DNA from: an uncultured Candidatus Saccharibacteria bacterium
GTDB lineage: Bacteria > Patescibacteriota > Minisyncoccia > Phycocordibacterales > PALSA-1337
Reading direction: 5' to 3'
Assembly: GCA_964357605.1 (NCBI GenBank)
Contig: CAYHLX010000004.1
Span: forward strand, 1,081 to 65,080
DNA: 64,000 nt
Position numbers and translations under genes: made by a program. Positions 56,093 through 64,000 of this stretch are shown here, piece after piece. The notes below the pieces were generated by a model, which worked only from the letters and a program-made list of their open reading frames with translations, did not search any database and was not told the origin of the DNA. Each line of letters opens with the position of its first letter. The stretch's first letter is position 1.

Positions 56093-56953
56093 TTAGGACT
56101 TGCGAAGGGCAAAGAACTCTACCAAGCGAGCCCCGAGGCTCGGAGAGCAAAGGCCACGAGAGTGCCAGCGGAAATCGGCCTGAGCGCTGTCGACGACCCA
56201 GTAGCCGTGCGCCACCCGCTCGCCACCAGGCAACCGATCATCAGGAAACCATGTGAGCGTTTCCCCAGAATCAAGATGCTCGTCGGTGATTAGGAAGTGG
56301 AGATTATCCGCATCTGACCAACCAAACAGGTTAATCCAGTTCTGATTCTTCTCAACCTTGACTTCGAGGAGTCCGTCCGGCGACTTGGCATTTTTGCCCA
56401 AGGTATCTGCATCAGGCCGAATAGATCGCTTGATGAAACCGAGTTGAGAAATATCTAAACCCCTAGAGTTCTTGTATTTCATCACGTCTGCTTCCTCGTA
56501 AGAGGCGTTCATGCCGAGCTTCATCTTCCAGTCAAGCGCCATCCTATTGGTGGCACCGGCGGGACGAAAAACTGGCATGATGTCGGTCCGGGCCAAGACT
56601 CGGTCATCCATCATGAACATGTCCCGGAAGATGACTGTCTCGCCCGTGAGGAACTTGTGAAGTTTCTCTCGAGCTTCCAGCCATTCTGCGAAGGTCTCGC
56701 CGGTGGCGGTGAGAATGAGTGGTTCGGGAGTTGGGACCTTTGCAGATTCCACGACCTCAACCCTGCTCACCTCTCCTGGAAGGACGAAACCTCGACGCAA
56801 CACTTCCTGCAGTTGAGGCAGGTTTTGTTCGTAGTGTTCCAATTGCTCAATCGTGAGAACTTGAGGCATATTGGAGACCAGTTTTAGGCCGAGGTTAAAT
56901 CCACGCACAATGAGTGCTGGATCCTGTGTTTCAATCAAGGGTATACCTTTCAT
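56093..56953 (-). CDS. DGR target (variable) protein with VR at the C-terminus. GC-rich (about 50%).
   Basis: 286 aa. The last ~38 codons are the VR. C-terminus WSDADN...GYWVVDSAQADFRWH resembles C-type-lectin-fold DGR variable domains (inference). Confidence 0.7.
   Translation of the reverse strand: MKGIPLIETQDPALIVRGFNLGLKLVSNMPQVLTIEQLEHYEQNLPQLQEVLRRGFVLPGEVSRVEVVESAKVPTPEPLILTATGETFAEWLEAREKLHKFLTGETVIFRDMFMMDDRVLARTDIMPVFRPAGATNRMALDWKMKLGMNASYEEADVMKYKNSRGLDISQLGFIKRSIRPDADTLGKNAKSPDGLLEVKVEKNQNWINLFGWSDADNLHFLITDEHLDSGETLTWFPDDRLPGGERVAHGYWVVDSAQADFRWHSRGLCSPSLGARLVEFFALRKS
56122..56234 (-). repeat. DGR variable repeat (VR)
   Basis: 25 mismatches to TR, 22 of them at TR adenine positions. 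The shared 3' end CCAAGCGAGCCCCGA is an IMH-like GC-rich segment. Confidence 0.8.
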
Positions 56954-57094
56954 AGGTGTTTCCTTTCACTTTTCATGACCGACTGCGAGCTTAGACGGTA
57001 GTCGTTTTATTTATTGCCATGAATTCCACCCTAGATATTATCACAAATCTACACATAAGTCAATGGTAATAAAACCCTTGAAATAGGGCATAAT

Positions 57095-58360
57095 ATGGCC
57101 ATGGAACGCATTCTTTTTAGTATTAAAAAACTCATCCCTTCCCGCCTTTTTACCCTCTTTCAACCTGCTTACCACTATTCCCTCGCCTTTCTCGCCGCTC
57201 TCATCTATCGTTTTCCATCTAGGAAAATAAAAGTCATCGGAGTTACTGGAACAAAGGGAAAAAGTTCAACGACAGAAATTATCAATGCCATCATAGAAGA
57301 AGCTGGGTACAAGACCGCCCTTTCAAACACCATCAGGTTTAAGATTGCCGAACACTCTACAAACAATCTCTATAAAATGTCTATGCCCGGCAGATTCTTT
57401 GTTCAACGATTTTTACGACAAGCGGTGCAGGCCAAATGTGACTATGTGATCCTAGAAATGACTTCTCAGGGCACGCTTCAATACCGCCACAAGTTCATAG
57501 ATCTAGATACTTTTGTCTTTACCAATCTTTCGCCTGAACACCTAGATTCTCACGGCTCATATGAAAAATATATAGAAGCAAAAGTAAAGATCGCCTGCGA
57601 AATGATCAAATCAAAAAAACAAAATAAAACTATTATCGCCAATAGTGATGACAAAGAAGCTCAGAGATTCCTAGATTGTGAAGCAGATAAAAAAGCCACT
57701 TATTCAGCAAAAGATGTAGAGCCTTACGAAATTCTTTCTAGTGGTATAAATTTCACCTTCGCCGGACACAAAGTTCATTCGGAACTTTCTGGACTATTTA
57801 ATCTATACAATTTAGTGGCAGGAATTACTTGTGCTAAAAATTTAGGCATCGCTGATGAAATAATCGTGAGGGCGGTGGAAAAATTTAGCGACATAAAAGG
57901 CCGGGTAGAAAAAATAGACGCTGGACAAGATTTTACCGTGGTCGTTGATTACGCCCACACTCCCGATTCTCTAGAGAAGTTCTACCAAGTCTTTGAAAAA
58001 ACTAGAAACATTTGCGTACTAGGAGGCACGGGAGGTGGCAGAGATAACTGGAAAAGAAAGGAAATGGGTAGGATCGCTGATAATTATTGTAAAGAAATTA
58101 TTCTCACCGATGAGGATCCGTACGACGAGGATCCAAATAAGATCGTTAGTGATGTCGCAGAAGGTATCAAGAGTCAAACCCCCACGATTATCATGGATAG
58201 AAGAGCGGCAATCAAAGAAGCTTTGAGACGGGCTAAGACGGGTGATTCTGTGCTGATCACTGGCAAAGGAACTGACCCATATATCATGGGGCCAAACGGG
58301 ACAAAAACACCCTGGAGTGATGCTCAAATCGCCAAAGAAGAGTTAGAGCGTCTTGCCTGA
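57095..58360 (+). CDS. murE: Mur ligase family protein (MurE-like)
   Basis: GVTGTKGKSS P-loop, DYAHTPDSL, and GGTGGGRDNWKR. Confidence 0.6.
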   Translation: MAMERILFSIKKLIPSRLFTLFQPAYHYSLAFLAALIYRFPSRKIKVIGVTGTKGKSSTTEIINAIIEEAGYKTALSNTIRFKIAEHSTNNLYKMSMPGRFFVQRFLRQAVQAKCDYVILEMTSQGTLQYRHKFIDLDTFVFTNLSPEHLDSHGSYEKYIEAKVKIACEMIKSKKQNKTIIANSDDKEAQRFLDCEADKKATYSAKDVEPYEILSSGINFTFAGHKVHSELSGLFNLYNLVAGITCAKNLGIADEIIVRAVEKFSDIKGRVEKIDAGQDFTVVVDYAHTPDSLEKFYQVFEKTRNICVLGGTGGGRDNWKRKEMGRIADNYCKEIILTDEDPYDEDPNKIVSDVAEGIKSQTPTIIMDRRAAIKEALRRAKTGDSVLITGKGTDPYIMGPNGTKTPWSDAQIAKEELERLA

Positions 58361-59590
58361 ATATCTTTCATTCAAAACTTTTTTGGTTTTGTCCCCAACC
58401 ATTCCCTCTTCCCCATTGATTTTATATTTTTTCTGGAAAACATTTAGAGCCTCACGAGTACAAGGACCAAAACGACCTGTTCGAGGGCAATCATTTTTAG
58501 TTTTACCCTGACCAGGATAGACTCCATCGATAAGCAAGGCTGTTTGGAGAGCGAGAACATCCTTTGTATTTGAATCTGAGACTGTCAAATCATTGTTCCA
58601 GATATGTGGCAACATGAGAGTATCGTAAGCAAAAGAAACATCATTGCCACTACCAAAAAAGTCCTGGAGTCCGAGATAAGTTTGAAAAGCAAAGTCTTTC
58701 AGGGTACTTTCTCTAACCCTCTCATCCACGATCTGTGGTTCATAAATATATCCATACTCAATGAGCATACTAGCAGCGTCAGAGGTGTTGTAAGCTCCAA
58801 TCGCGATGAGATCAGGTTCATCTATCACTCCCGCATTTTCATTTGGCAAATTACTCACGGGATTATACTTAGCAATACGCTTAAAAACGGCTTCCGCTAT
58901 GGCTCTAGTGGTAGTGCTATTGGCATAAATCCTTTCTGGTACATAAATAGCAAAACCAGAATACTCTCCCGGAGAAGAAATATCTCTTCTAGCATAATCA
59001 TTAAAATGAATGTGAATGGCAATATCTACCGCATTTTCATTTCCCCATTTATTGATACCATAAAGACGATATGCCACATTTTGCGGAGCATCATTATGAG
59101 AAATTTTAGCATTTGGTTTAGTAATCTTACCAATACTGATGAAATGCAGTGTATCTTGCTTACTTTCCTTAAAAAAAGAGATTATCGATTCCCAATTATT
59201 CTTAAAATATTCAGTAAAAATAGGATTCCATGATTTGTAATCGCGCGTCATGACCACTTCATAGTGTCCATTATTTTGAAGAAAAAAACGTAAATTATTT
59301 GCCAGTTCGACATTGAGATCTCTTTCTTTTAACTTATTGAATACCGTACCACCAAAATCAGGCTCATGTCCTGGGACAATTAGTACACGAATTTTCTTTT
59401 TTGGGGCTTCATCATAACGAGCTTTTAGTTCAGAAATCGTCACTGGTTTATGTAACAAAGCGGCTACCAAATGATCTCCTACGTATCCATAGAGATTATC
59501 TATATAGGCAACACCCTGAGGAAAATTTTGGACCATCCACGGTGTAATAAGAAGAACAACGGCAAAAAATGAGATAGCAATGTATTTCAT
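58343..59590 (-). CDS. N-acetylmuramoyl-L-alanine amidase (Amidase_3-like) with a C-terminal peptidoglycan-binding domain
   Basis: VLIVPGHEPDFGG...VVMTRD and a C-terminal PG_binding_1-like LALQTALLIDGVY...GRFGPCTREAL. Confidence 0.65.
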   Translation of the reverse strand: MKYIAISFFAVVLLITPWMVQNFPQGVAYIDNLYGYVGDHLVAALLHKPVTISELKARYDEAPKKKIRVLIVPGHEPDFGGTVFNKLKERDLNVELANNLRFFLQNNGHYEVVMTRDYKSWNPIFTEYFKNNWESIISFFKESKQDTLHFISIGKITKPNAKISHNDAPQNVAYRLYGINKWGNENAVDIAIHIHFNDYARRDISSPGEYSGFAIYVPERIYANSTTTRAIAEAVFKRIAKYNPVSNLPNENAGVIDEPDLIAIGAYNTSDAASMLIEYGYIYEPQIVDERVRESTLKDFAFQTYLGLQDFFGSGNDVSFAYDTLMLPHIWNNDLTVSDSNTKDVLALQTALLIDGVYPGQGKTKNDCPRTGRFGPCTREALNVFQKKYKINGEEGMVGDKTKKVLNERYSGKTL

Positions 59591-59615
59591 GAACAAAATA
59601 TGATATAAGAATTGT

Positions 59616-60488
59616 ATGCCAGAATTGCCAGAAGTACAAACCACCGCTTCCGGACTTCATAGTTTTGTCCAGAAATTGAAAATCAAAGATGTATGGACTG
59701 ACTATAATAGTCCTTATTTCAAGGGCTCGGAAACCATAAAAGATCCTAGATACTTTCAATATTTCAAAAAAGGAGTAGTAGGTAAAAAGATTTTACATGT
59801 CTCTAGACGAGCCAAAAATATCCTGATCAACCTCTCCGGTAATCTGACAATTATCATTCACATGAAAATGACCGGGCACTTACTCTACGGAGACTATAAT
59901 AAAAGTGATCCTTACAACCGCTTTATTCATTTCATTATCTACCTTTCAAATGGAAAAAACATTGAGCTCTCCGATGTTAGAAAGTTTGCCAAGGTAGCTC
60001 TTGTCCCCACCGACACCATCCATGATTCTATTCATTTAAAAGGAATCGGTCCAGAACCATTGGAAAAATCTTTCACCTTTGAGAAATTCTTAGCAAGGAT
60101 CTACACAAAAAGAAATGGGAAAATAAAACCAACCCTAATGGATCAGTCTATTGTGGCTGGTATTGGAAATATCTATGCTGATGAAAGTCTGTGGAAGGCA
60201 GGAATCCATCCCGAGTCACTAGTCAAAGATGTTTCTTGTGTAGTCCTTAAAAAACTTTTTGATTCTATAAAAATCACTCTTTCAAAAGGAATTGATTTAG
60301 GAGGAGCTTCTATGTCTGATTACAGGAACATCCACGGAGAAAAAGGTAGGTTTCAAGAACAGCACAAAGTCTATCAAAGGAAGGGTGAGAGATGCTCAAA
60401 AAAGGGTTGCGGCGGAATTATTGTGAGAAGTGTGGTTGCTGGTAGAGGGACACATTTTTGCAATGGACATCAGAAATTATTTAAATAA
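59616..60488 (+). CDS. mutM: Formamidopyrimidine-DNA glycosylase (Fpg/MutM)
   Basis: N-terminal MPELPEV and a C-terminal zinc finger C..C...C..C. Confidence 0.85.
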   Translation: MPELPEVQTTASGLHSFVQKLKIKDVWTDYNSPYFKGSETIKDPRYFQYFKKGVVGKKILHVSRRAKNILINLSGNLTIIIHMKMTGHLLYGDYNKSDPYNRFIHFIIYLSNGKNIELSDVRKFAKVALVPTDTIHDSIHLKGIGPEPLEKSFTFEKFLARIYTKRNGKIKPTLMDQSIVAGIGNIYADESLWKAGIHPESLVKDVSCVVLKKLFDSIKITLSKGIDLGGASMSDYRNIHGEKGRFQEQHKVYQRKGERCSKKGCGGIIVRSVVAGRGTHFCNGHQKLFK

Positions 60489-60947
60489 GACTATCCCTGC
60501 AGCCACAGAAACGTTGAGAGATTCTTTCTTTCCCTTCATGGGGATTTCTAAAATCTGATGGCACAGATCTAATAAACCATTTTCTATTCCTCCAACCTCA
60601 CTTCCAAGAATAAAAACTGATTTGGAATTGATTTTTATTTTCTTGTAATTAATAGAGTTTTTGCTCTGTTCTATTGCATACACCTTCCAATCTTTTCTTT
60701 TTAAAAATTTTACAAGCTTAACTGTCTCAGTTACGCCCTCCCACTCCACTGTCTTCTCTGCCCCTAGAGCAGACTTGGCGATATCTTTTCTTATGCGTCC
60801 GAAACGATCGATAGGTGCTGGGGTTATGCCACAAAGATAGATTTTGGAGACCCCGGCCGCGTCTGCTGTACGAAAAATAGACCCAACATTATGGGTACTA
60901 CGGATATTATGGAGTGCCAAGCAGATCTTGGGTTCTTGTGATATCAT
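60477..60947 (-). CDS. SpoU/TrmH-family RNA 2'-O-methyltransferase (TrmL-like)
   Basis: NVGSIFRTADAAG and the knotted SPOUT C-terminal motifs. Confidence 0.8.
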   Translation of the reverse strand: MISQEPKICLALHNIRSTHNVGSIFRTADAAGVSKIYLCGITPAPIDRFGRIRKDIAKSALGAEKTVEWEGVTETVKLVKFLKRKDWKVYAIEQSKNSINYKKIKINSKSVFILGSEVGGIENGLLDLCHQILEIPMKGKKESLNVSVAAGIVLFK

Positions 60948-60982
60948 AGTGACACTATATAAGAGTTTAATTAAATATCAAC

Positions 60983-61342
60983 ATGCTTTCAATTTTCCCC
61001 TGGCTTTTAACTTACGAACAATTTGCTCCCCTACTCTTAAGACTCACCCTGGGAATTATCTTCCTCTTCTGGGCCTATAGAAGATTTTTACAAAAAAAAT
61101 CAACAAAAGATATTATTTATCTAGTCATTGATGCCTTGGTTGGTATTCTTTTGGTGATCGGACTCTTCACCCAACTCGCCGCCCTGGCCGCCAGCCTACT
61201 CTTCTTGATTCATCTTATAAACAAGATAAAAGATAGGGCTTTCCTCACAAACGGCATTAACTACTATTTTATTCTTCTTATTATCTCTCTCTGTATCCTT
61301 CTTACTGGTCCAGGACGTCTGGCAATAGATATACCGTTATAG
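60983..61342 (+). CDS. DoxX-family membrane protein
   Basis: LLRLTLGIIFLFWAYRRF plus 3 further TM helices. Confidence 0.65.
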   Translation: MLSIFPWLLTYEQFAPLLLRLTLGIIFLFWAYRRFLQKKSTKDIIYLVIDALVGILLVIGLFTQLAALAASLLFLIHLINKIKDRAFLTNGINYYFILLIISLCILLTGPGRLAIDIPL

Positions 61343-61364
61343 TTTTTGATAATCAGGCTAAAAA

Positions 61365-61392
61365 TTGAACTTTAGCGTAATTGTGCTATAGT
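61365..61392 (+). promoter_or_regulatory. Sigma70-like promoter for tRNA-Lys
   Basis: TTGAAC, 16-nt spacer, TATAGT. About 20 nt upstream of the tRNA 5' end. Confidence 0.5.
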
Positions 61393-61412
61393 TTTTGGAC
61401 CTTCGTGTATAT

Positions 61413-61488
61413 GCGCCCATAGCTCAGTTGGTAGAGCATCTCCCTTTTAAGGAGTGGGTCGTAGGTTCGATTCCTACTGGGCGCACCA
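61413..61488 (+). tRNA. tRNA-Lys (anticodon TTT), CCA encoded
   Basis: GCGCCCA acceptor, anticodon loop CTTTTAA, T-arm GTAGG-TTCGATT-CCTAC. Confidence 0.85.
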
Positions 61489-62721
61489 ATGGATACCAAG
61501 AAAAATATTTCCCTTTGGGCCCTGTACGATTTTGCGAACTCTATAGTTTCTATCGTCTTTTTCTTCTACTTTGCTCAATGGATTGTAGTGGATAAAGGTA
61601 TCCCCGACATTTATCTCAATCTAACTTTTACGATATCGGCTGTTCTACTTCTTTTTACCGTGCCAATTACCGGGCTTCTTTTAGATAGATTTTTCCGCAG
61701 AATCACTGGGTTGAGAGTCACCACAATCCTAGCTGTTATTTTCTATGCCATTTGTGCCCTCTTGGCGATCTATGACAAGGAAATTATGTCTTTGGTCTTT
61801 TTCACTCTAGCGGCCTATTTTTACCTACTCACTTTTACCTTCTATACTCCTCTTTTAAAAGATATAACTTCGGCTGACAAAACTGGTAGAACCTCTGGGA
61901 TTGGTATCGCTGCCAACTATCTAGGTCAGTTTGCCGGACTTTTGTTAGTCCTCCCCTTCTCCAATGGATCATGGAATCTGTTTGGAGCAGAACCTAGAGC
62001 CGAAACTCTTTTACCTGCCGTCATCATCTTTGCTATCCTGACCTTACCCATGCTAATTTATTTCCACGAACCAAAGAAAATTAAACCGGAACTGAAAATT
62101 GGTGATGAAATAAAAAACCTAGTCTCGCAGACAAAATCCCTTCTCTTCTATCCTGGCATTGCCCTCTTTATGCTCTCTTATTTCTTTTTCAATGATGCTG
62201 TGCTCACCGCCGCCAACAACTTTCCAATTTTCATGGAGCAAGTTTGGGGAGTCTCAGATACGGTCAAAACATATATTCTCATTGGCATTCTCCTCACTTC
62301 CGCTGTTGGCGGACTCACTGCAGGACTAGTGGCTGACAAAGTTGGTCACAAGAAAACCCTACTATTTTTGGTAGGAGGTTGGCTTTTTATCCTACCCTTC
62401 ATCGCTTTTATTGAAAATTTCACTCTTTTTGTGATCGCGACAACAGTTATGGGCTTGTGGTTTGGCGCCAACTGGGCTGTCTCACGATCCGTAATGTCCT
62501 ACCTCGCCCCTCCACAAGGACACAATCTAGCCTTTGCGTACTTTGGACTAGTGGAAAGGGCTTCTTCTTTTGTAGGACCGATAGTCTGGGGACTCATCGT
62601 TTCAGGATTTGTTTCAATCGGTAGTGATCGATATAGATTTGCCACACTAGCCGTTACAGCTTTTATTGTCTTTGGTTTTATTTCTCTTTGGAAAGTGAGA
62701 AGTGATCGGTCTTATCTTTAA
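61489..62721 (+). CDS. MFS transporter
   Basis: 12 TM helices. The ATG directly abuts the tRNA-Lys CCA (ccaATGg). Confidence 0.7.
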   Translation: MDTKKNISLWALYDFANSIVSIVFFFYFAQWIVVDKGIPDIYLNLTFTISAVLLLFTVPITGLLLDRFFRRITGLRVTTILAVIFYAICALLAIYDKEIMSLVFFTLAAYFYLLTFTFYTPLLKDITSADKTGRTSGIGIAANYLGQFAGLLLVLPFSNGSWNLFGAEPRAETLLPAVIIFAILTLPMLIYFHEPKKIKPELKIGDEIKNLVSQTKSLLFYPGIALFMLSYFFFNDAVLTAANNFPIFMEQVWGVSDTVKTYILIGILLTSAVGGLTAGLVADKVGHKKTLLFLVGGWLFILPFIAFIENFTLFVIATTVMGLWFGANWAVSRSVMSYLAPPQGHNLAFAYFGLVERASSFVGPIVWGLIVSGFVSIGSDRYRFATLAVTAFIVFGFISLWKVRSDRSYL

Positions 62722-64000
62722 CCATCACCAAATAAAACGCTGGAACTAAGAATAGAGTAAGGAATGAGGATAGAGCTAGACCAAAGATAATGGCACTTCC
62801 TAGGGCCATCCAGAACTCATTTGAGAGGGTTACGGGCAGGATACCGATGATGGTACAAATGGAAGTGATAAAGATAGCTTCTAGACGTGACTTCCCCGCA
62901 TCTGCCACCGCATCTTCAAAAGGAATACCACTTTTCACATTGAGATTTATTTTATCCACTAGGATAATAGAATTTTTAACCACAATACCAAACAAAGCTA
63001 GGACTCCAATAAGAGCTGGGAAACTGAGAGGTGTATCAAAGATCGCCATCCCCAAAAAGACCCCGGTCAAGGCCATCGGTATCGGCACAAGCACGATGAG
63101 CGCTTTCCTAAAGGAGTTAAACTGAATCACTAGAGTTGCCACAATGAGGATCAGGGCGATGATCATGGCTCTGACGATAGAGAGAACAGATTCAGCATTC
63201 TGTTCATTTTCACCTCCGTACACAATAGAATATCCTTGAGGCATATTGTAATCTGCTATCAACTTTTCAAATTCTACTAAAACTGCCTGTCCATTGGTCG
63301 TAGTGTCTACCCCCGCCGAAAGAAGGATGGTTCGTTTTTGATCGATACGTGTAATCACGTTAACAGCTGGTTCAAGTCTCACTTCGGCCACGTCTTTCAA
63401 AAAGACTGGTTGTTTTTGCAGATTCAGTATTTGCATATTCTGCAAAGAATTTAAATCAGGAATTGAGGATTGATCAAATGTGGCAATCAATCTTATTTCT
63501 TTCTCATCTCTAATGATTTTGGTAAGCTCTATACCTTCTACAGCCGTTCTAAGTACGGAGCCAACATAAGCCGCACTTAGATAATTCTCTTCCATCCTGG
63601 TTGGATTTAAAGAAAATGTATACTGTGGCACAGAATCCTTCTGTGAGACACTAACATTTACAACTCCAGGAATAGAGGCGAGCTTTGGCCGTAGATCTGA
63701 AACTACTCTTGTCAAAACATCCAAATTATCTCCGATCACTCTTCCCTCAAAAGCGGCTCCGGCTGGCGGACCTCCCGCTAAAGATGAAACTTCTATACTC
63801 AAACTTTGATTCTCAAGTGCACCAAGATCTTTTCTTACCATGTCGGCAAATTCATAAGATTTAATATCCCTCTCTTTCTTTTTCTTTAGAGTAATAGTGA
63901 TAGAGGCGACATTAGCGAAGCTATTCCCTCCTGTAAATGATCCGGAGTTGGCACTAGGACGTCCGACGATTGTAGAGAAGTTGGCAATGTCTTTGTATTC
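62678..64000 (-). CDS. RND-family efflux transporter (AcrB-like), 3' part; gene continues beyond the window end
   Basis: The frame stays open to nt 64000. C-terminal TM bundle with the AcrB pattern ...GGENEQ... Confidence 0.65.
   Translation of the reverse strand, partial: EYKDIANFSTIVGRPSANSGSFTGGNSFANVASITITLKKKKERDIKSYEFADMVRKDLGALENQSLSIEVSSLAGGPPAGAAFEGRVIGDNLDVLTRVVSDLRPKLASIPGVVNVSVSQKDSVPQYTFSLNPTRMEENYLSAAYVGSVLRTAVEGIELTKIIRDEKEIRLIATFDQSSIPDLNSLQNMQILNLQKQPVFLKDVAEVRLEPAVNVITRIDQKRTILLSAGVDTTTNGQAVLVEFEKLIADYNMPQGYSIVYGGENEQNAESVLSIVRAMIIALILIVATLVIQFNSFRKALIVLVPIPMALTGVFLGMAIFDTPLSFPALIGVLALFGIVVKNSIILVDKINLNVKSGIPFEDAVADAGKSRLEAIFITSICTIIGILPVTLSNEFWMALGSAIIFGLALSSFLTLFLVPAFYLVMVKDKTDHFSLSKEK

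Noticed and set aside
55851-56293. ORFs 55851..56150 (-), 56032..56256 (+) and 56063..56293 (+) near the DGR VR, which I considered as possible Avd candidates
   Set aside because: They start inside or overlap the VR and target gene in other frames, are GC-driven, and have no Avd-like helices. The only Avd-like sequence is 55476..55703 (+).
61395-61595. ORF 61395..61595 (+), 66 aa
   Set aside because: It overlaps tRNA-Lys. It contains the peptide LVEHLPFKEWVVGSIPTGRT, which is simply the tRNA sequence translated.
1-64000. CRISPR array or rRNA genes
   Set aside because: No regularly spaced short direct repeats were found anywhere. The only repeats are the 42-bp IR pair, the 49-bp direct pair and TR/VR. 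No rRNA-like conserved blocks were seen.

Overview
This is a gene-dense, AT-rich window, roughly 35-40% GC by eye. I estimated GC from the sequence and did not compute it. The gene content is typical of a reduced, CPR/Patescibacteria-like genome: many aminoacyl-tRNA synthetases (MetRS, GlyRS, IleRS, ArgRS), ribosomal proteins (S6-SSB-S18 operon, L11, L19, S20), secE-nusG, a type IV pilus pilMNO cluster, peptidoglycan enzymes, a thymidylate/folate cycle cluster and a glycogen cluster, with 8 tRNA genes. The lineage assignment is inference.

Accessory content is concentrated in a few islands:
(1) A complete diversity-generating retroelement (DGR) at 54.3-57.0 kb. It has a DGR-type reverse transcriptase and a 113-bp TR/VR pair whose mismatches sit almost entirely at TR adenines. 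The VR lies at the 3' end of a GC-rich target gene, and a truncated Avd-like four-helix-bundle ORF sits between RT and TR.
(2) An IleRS carrying an inserted histidine-phosphatase (PGAM-like) domain of about 200 aa.
(3) A eukaryotic-type phosphomannomutase fused to an alpha-glucan phosphorylase, inside a glycogen cluster with an archaeal cupin-type PGI and a GH57 enzyme.
(4) A tatD gene bracketed by perfect 42-bp inverted repeats, followed by a tRNA-like element.
(5) An AbiEii-like nucleotidyltransferase cassette bracketed by 49-bp direct repeats.
(6) A tRNA-rich island (His, Leu, Val, Arg) with two LAGLIDADG-type endonuclease genes and a GC-rich lone purC.
(7) A HigB/HigA-like toxin-antitoxin pair next to a tRNA-Arg.

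I found no rRNA and no CRISPR array.
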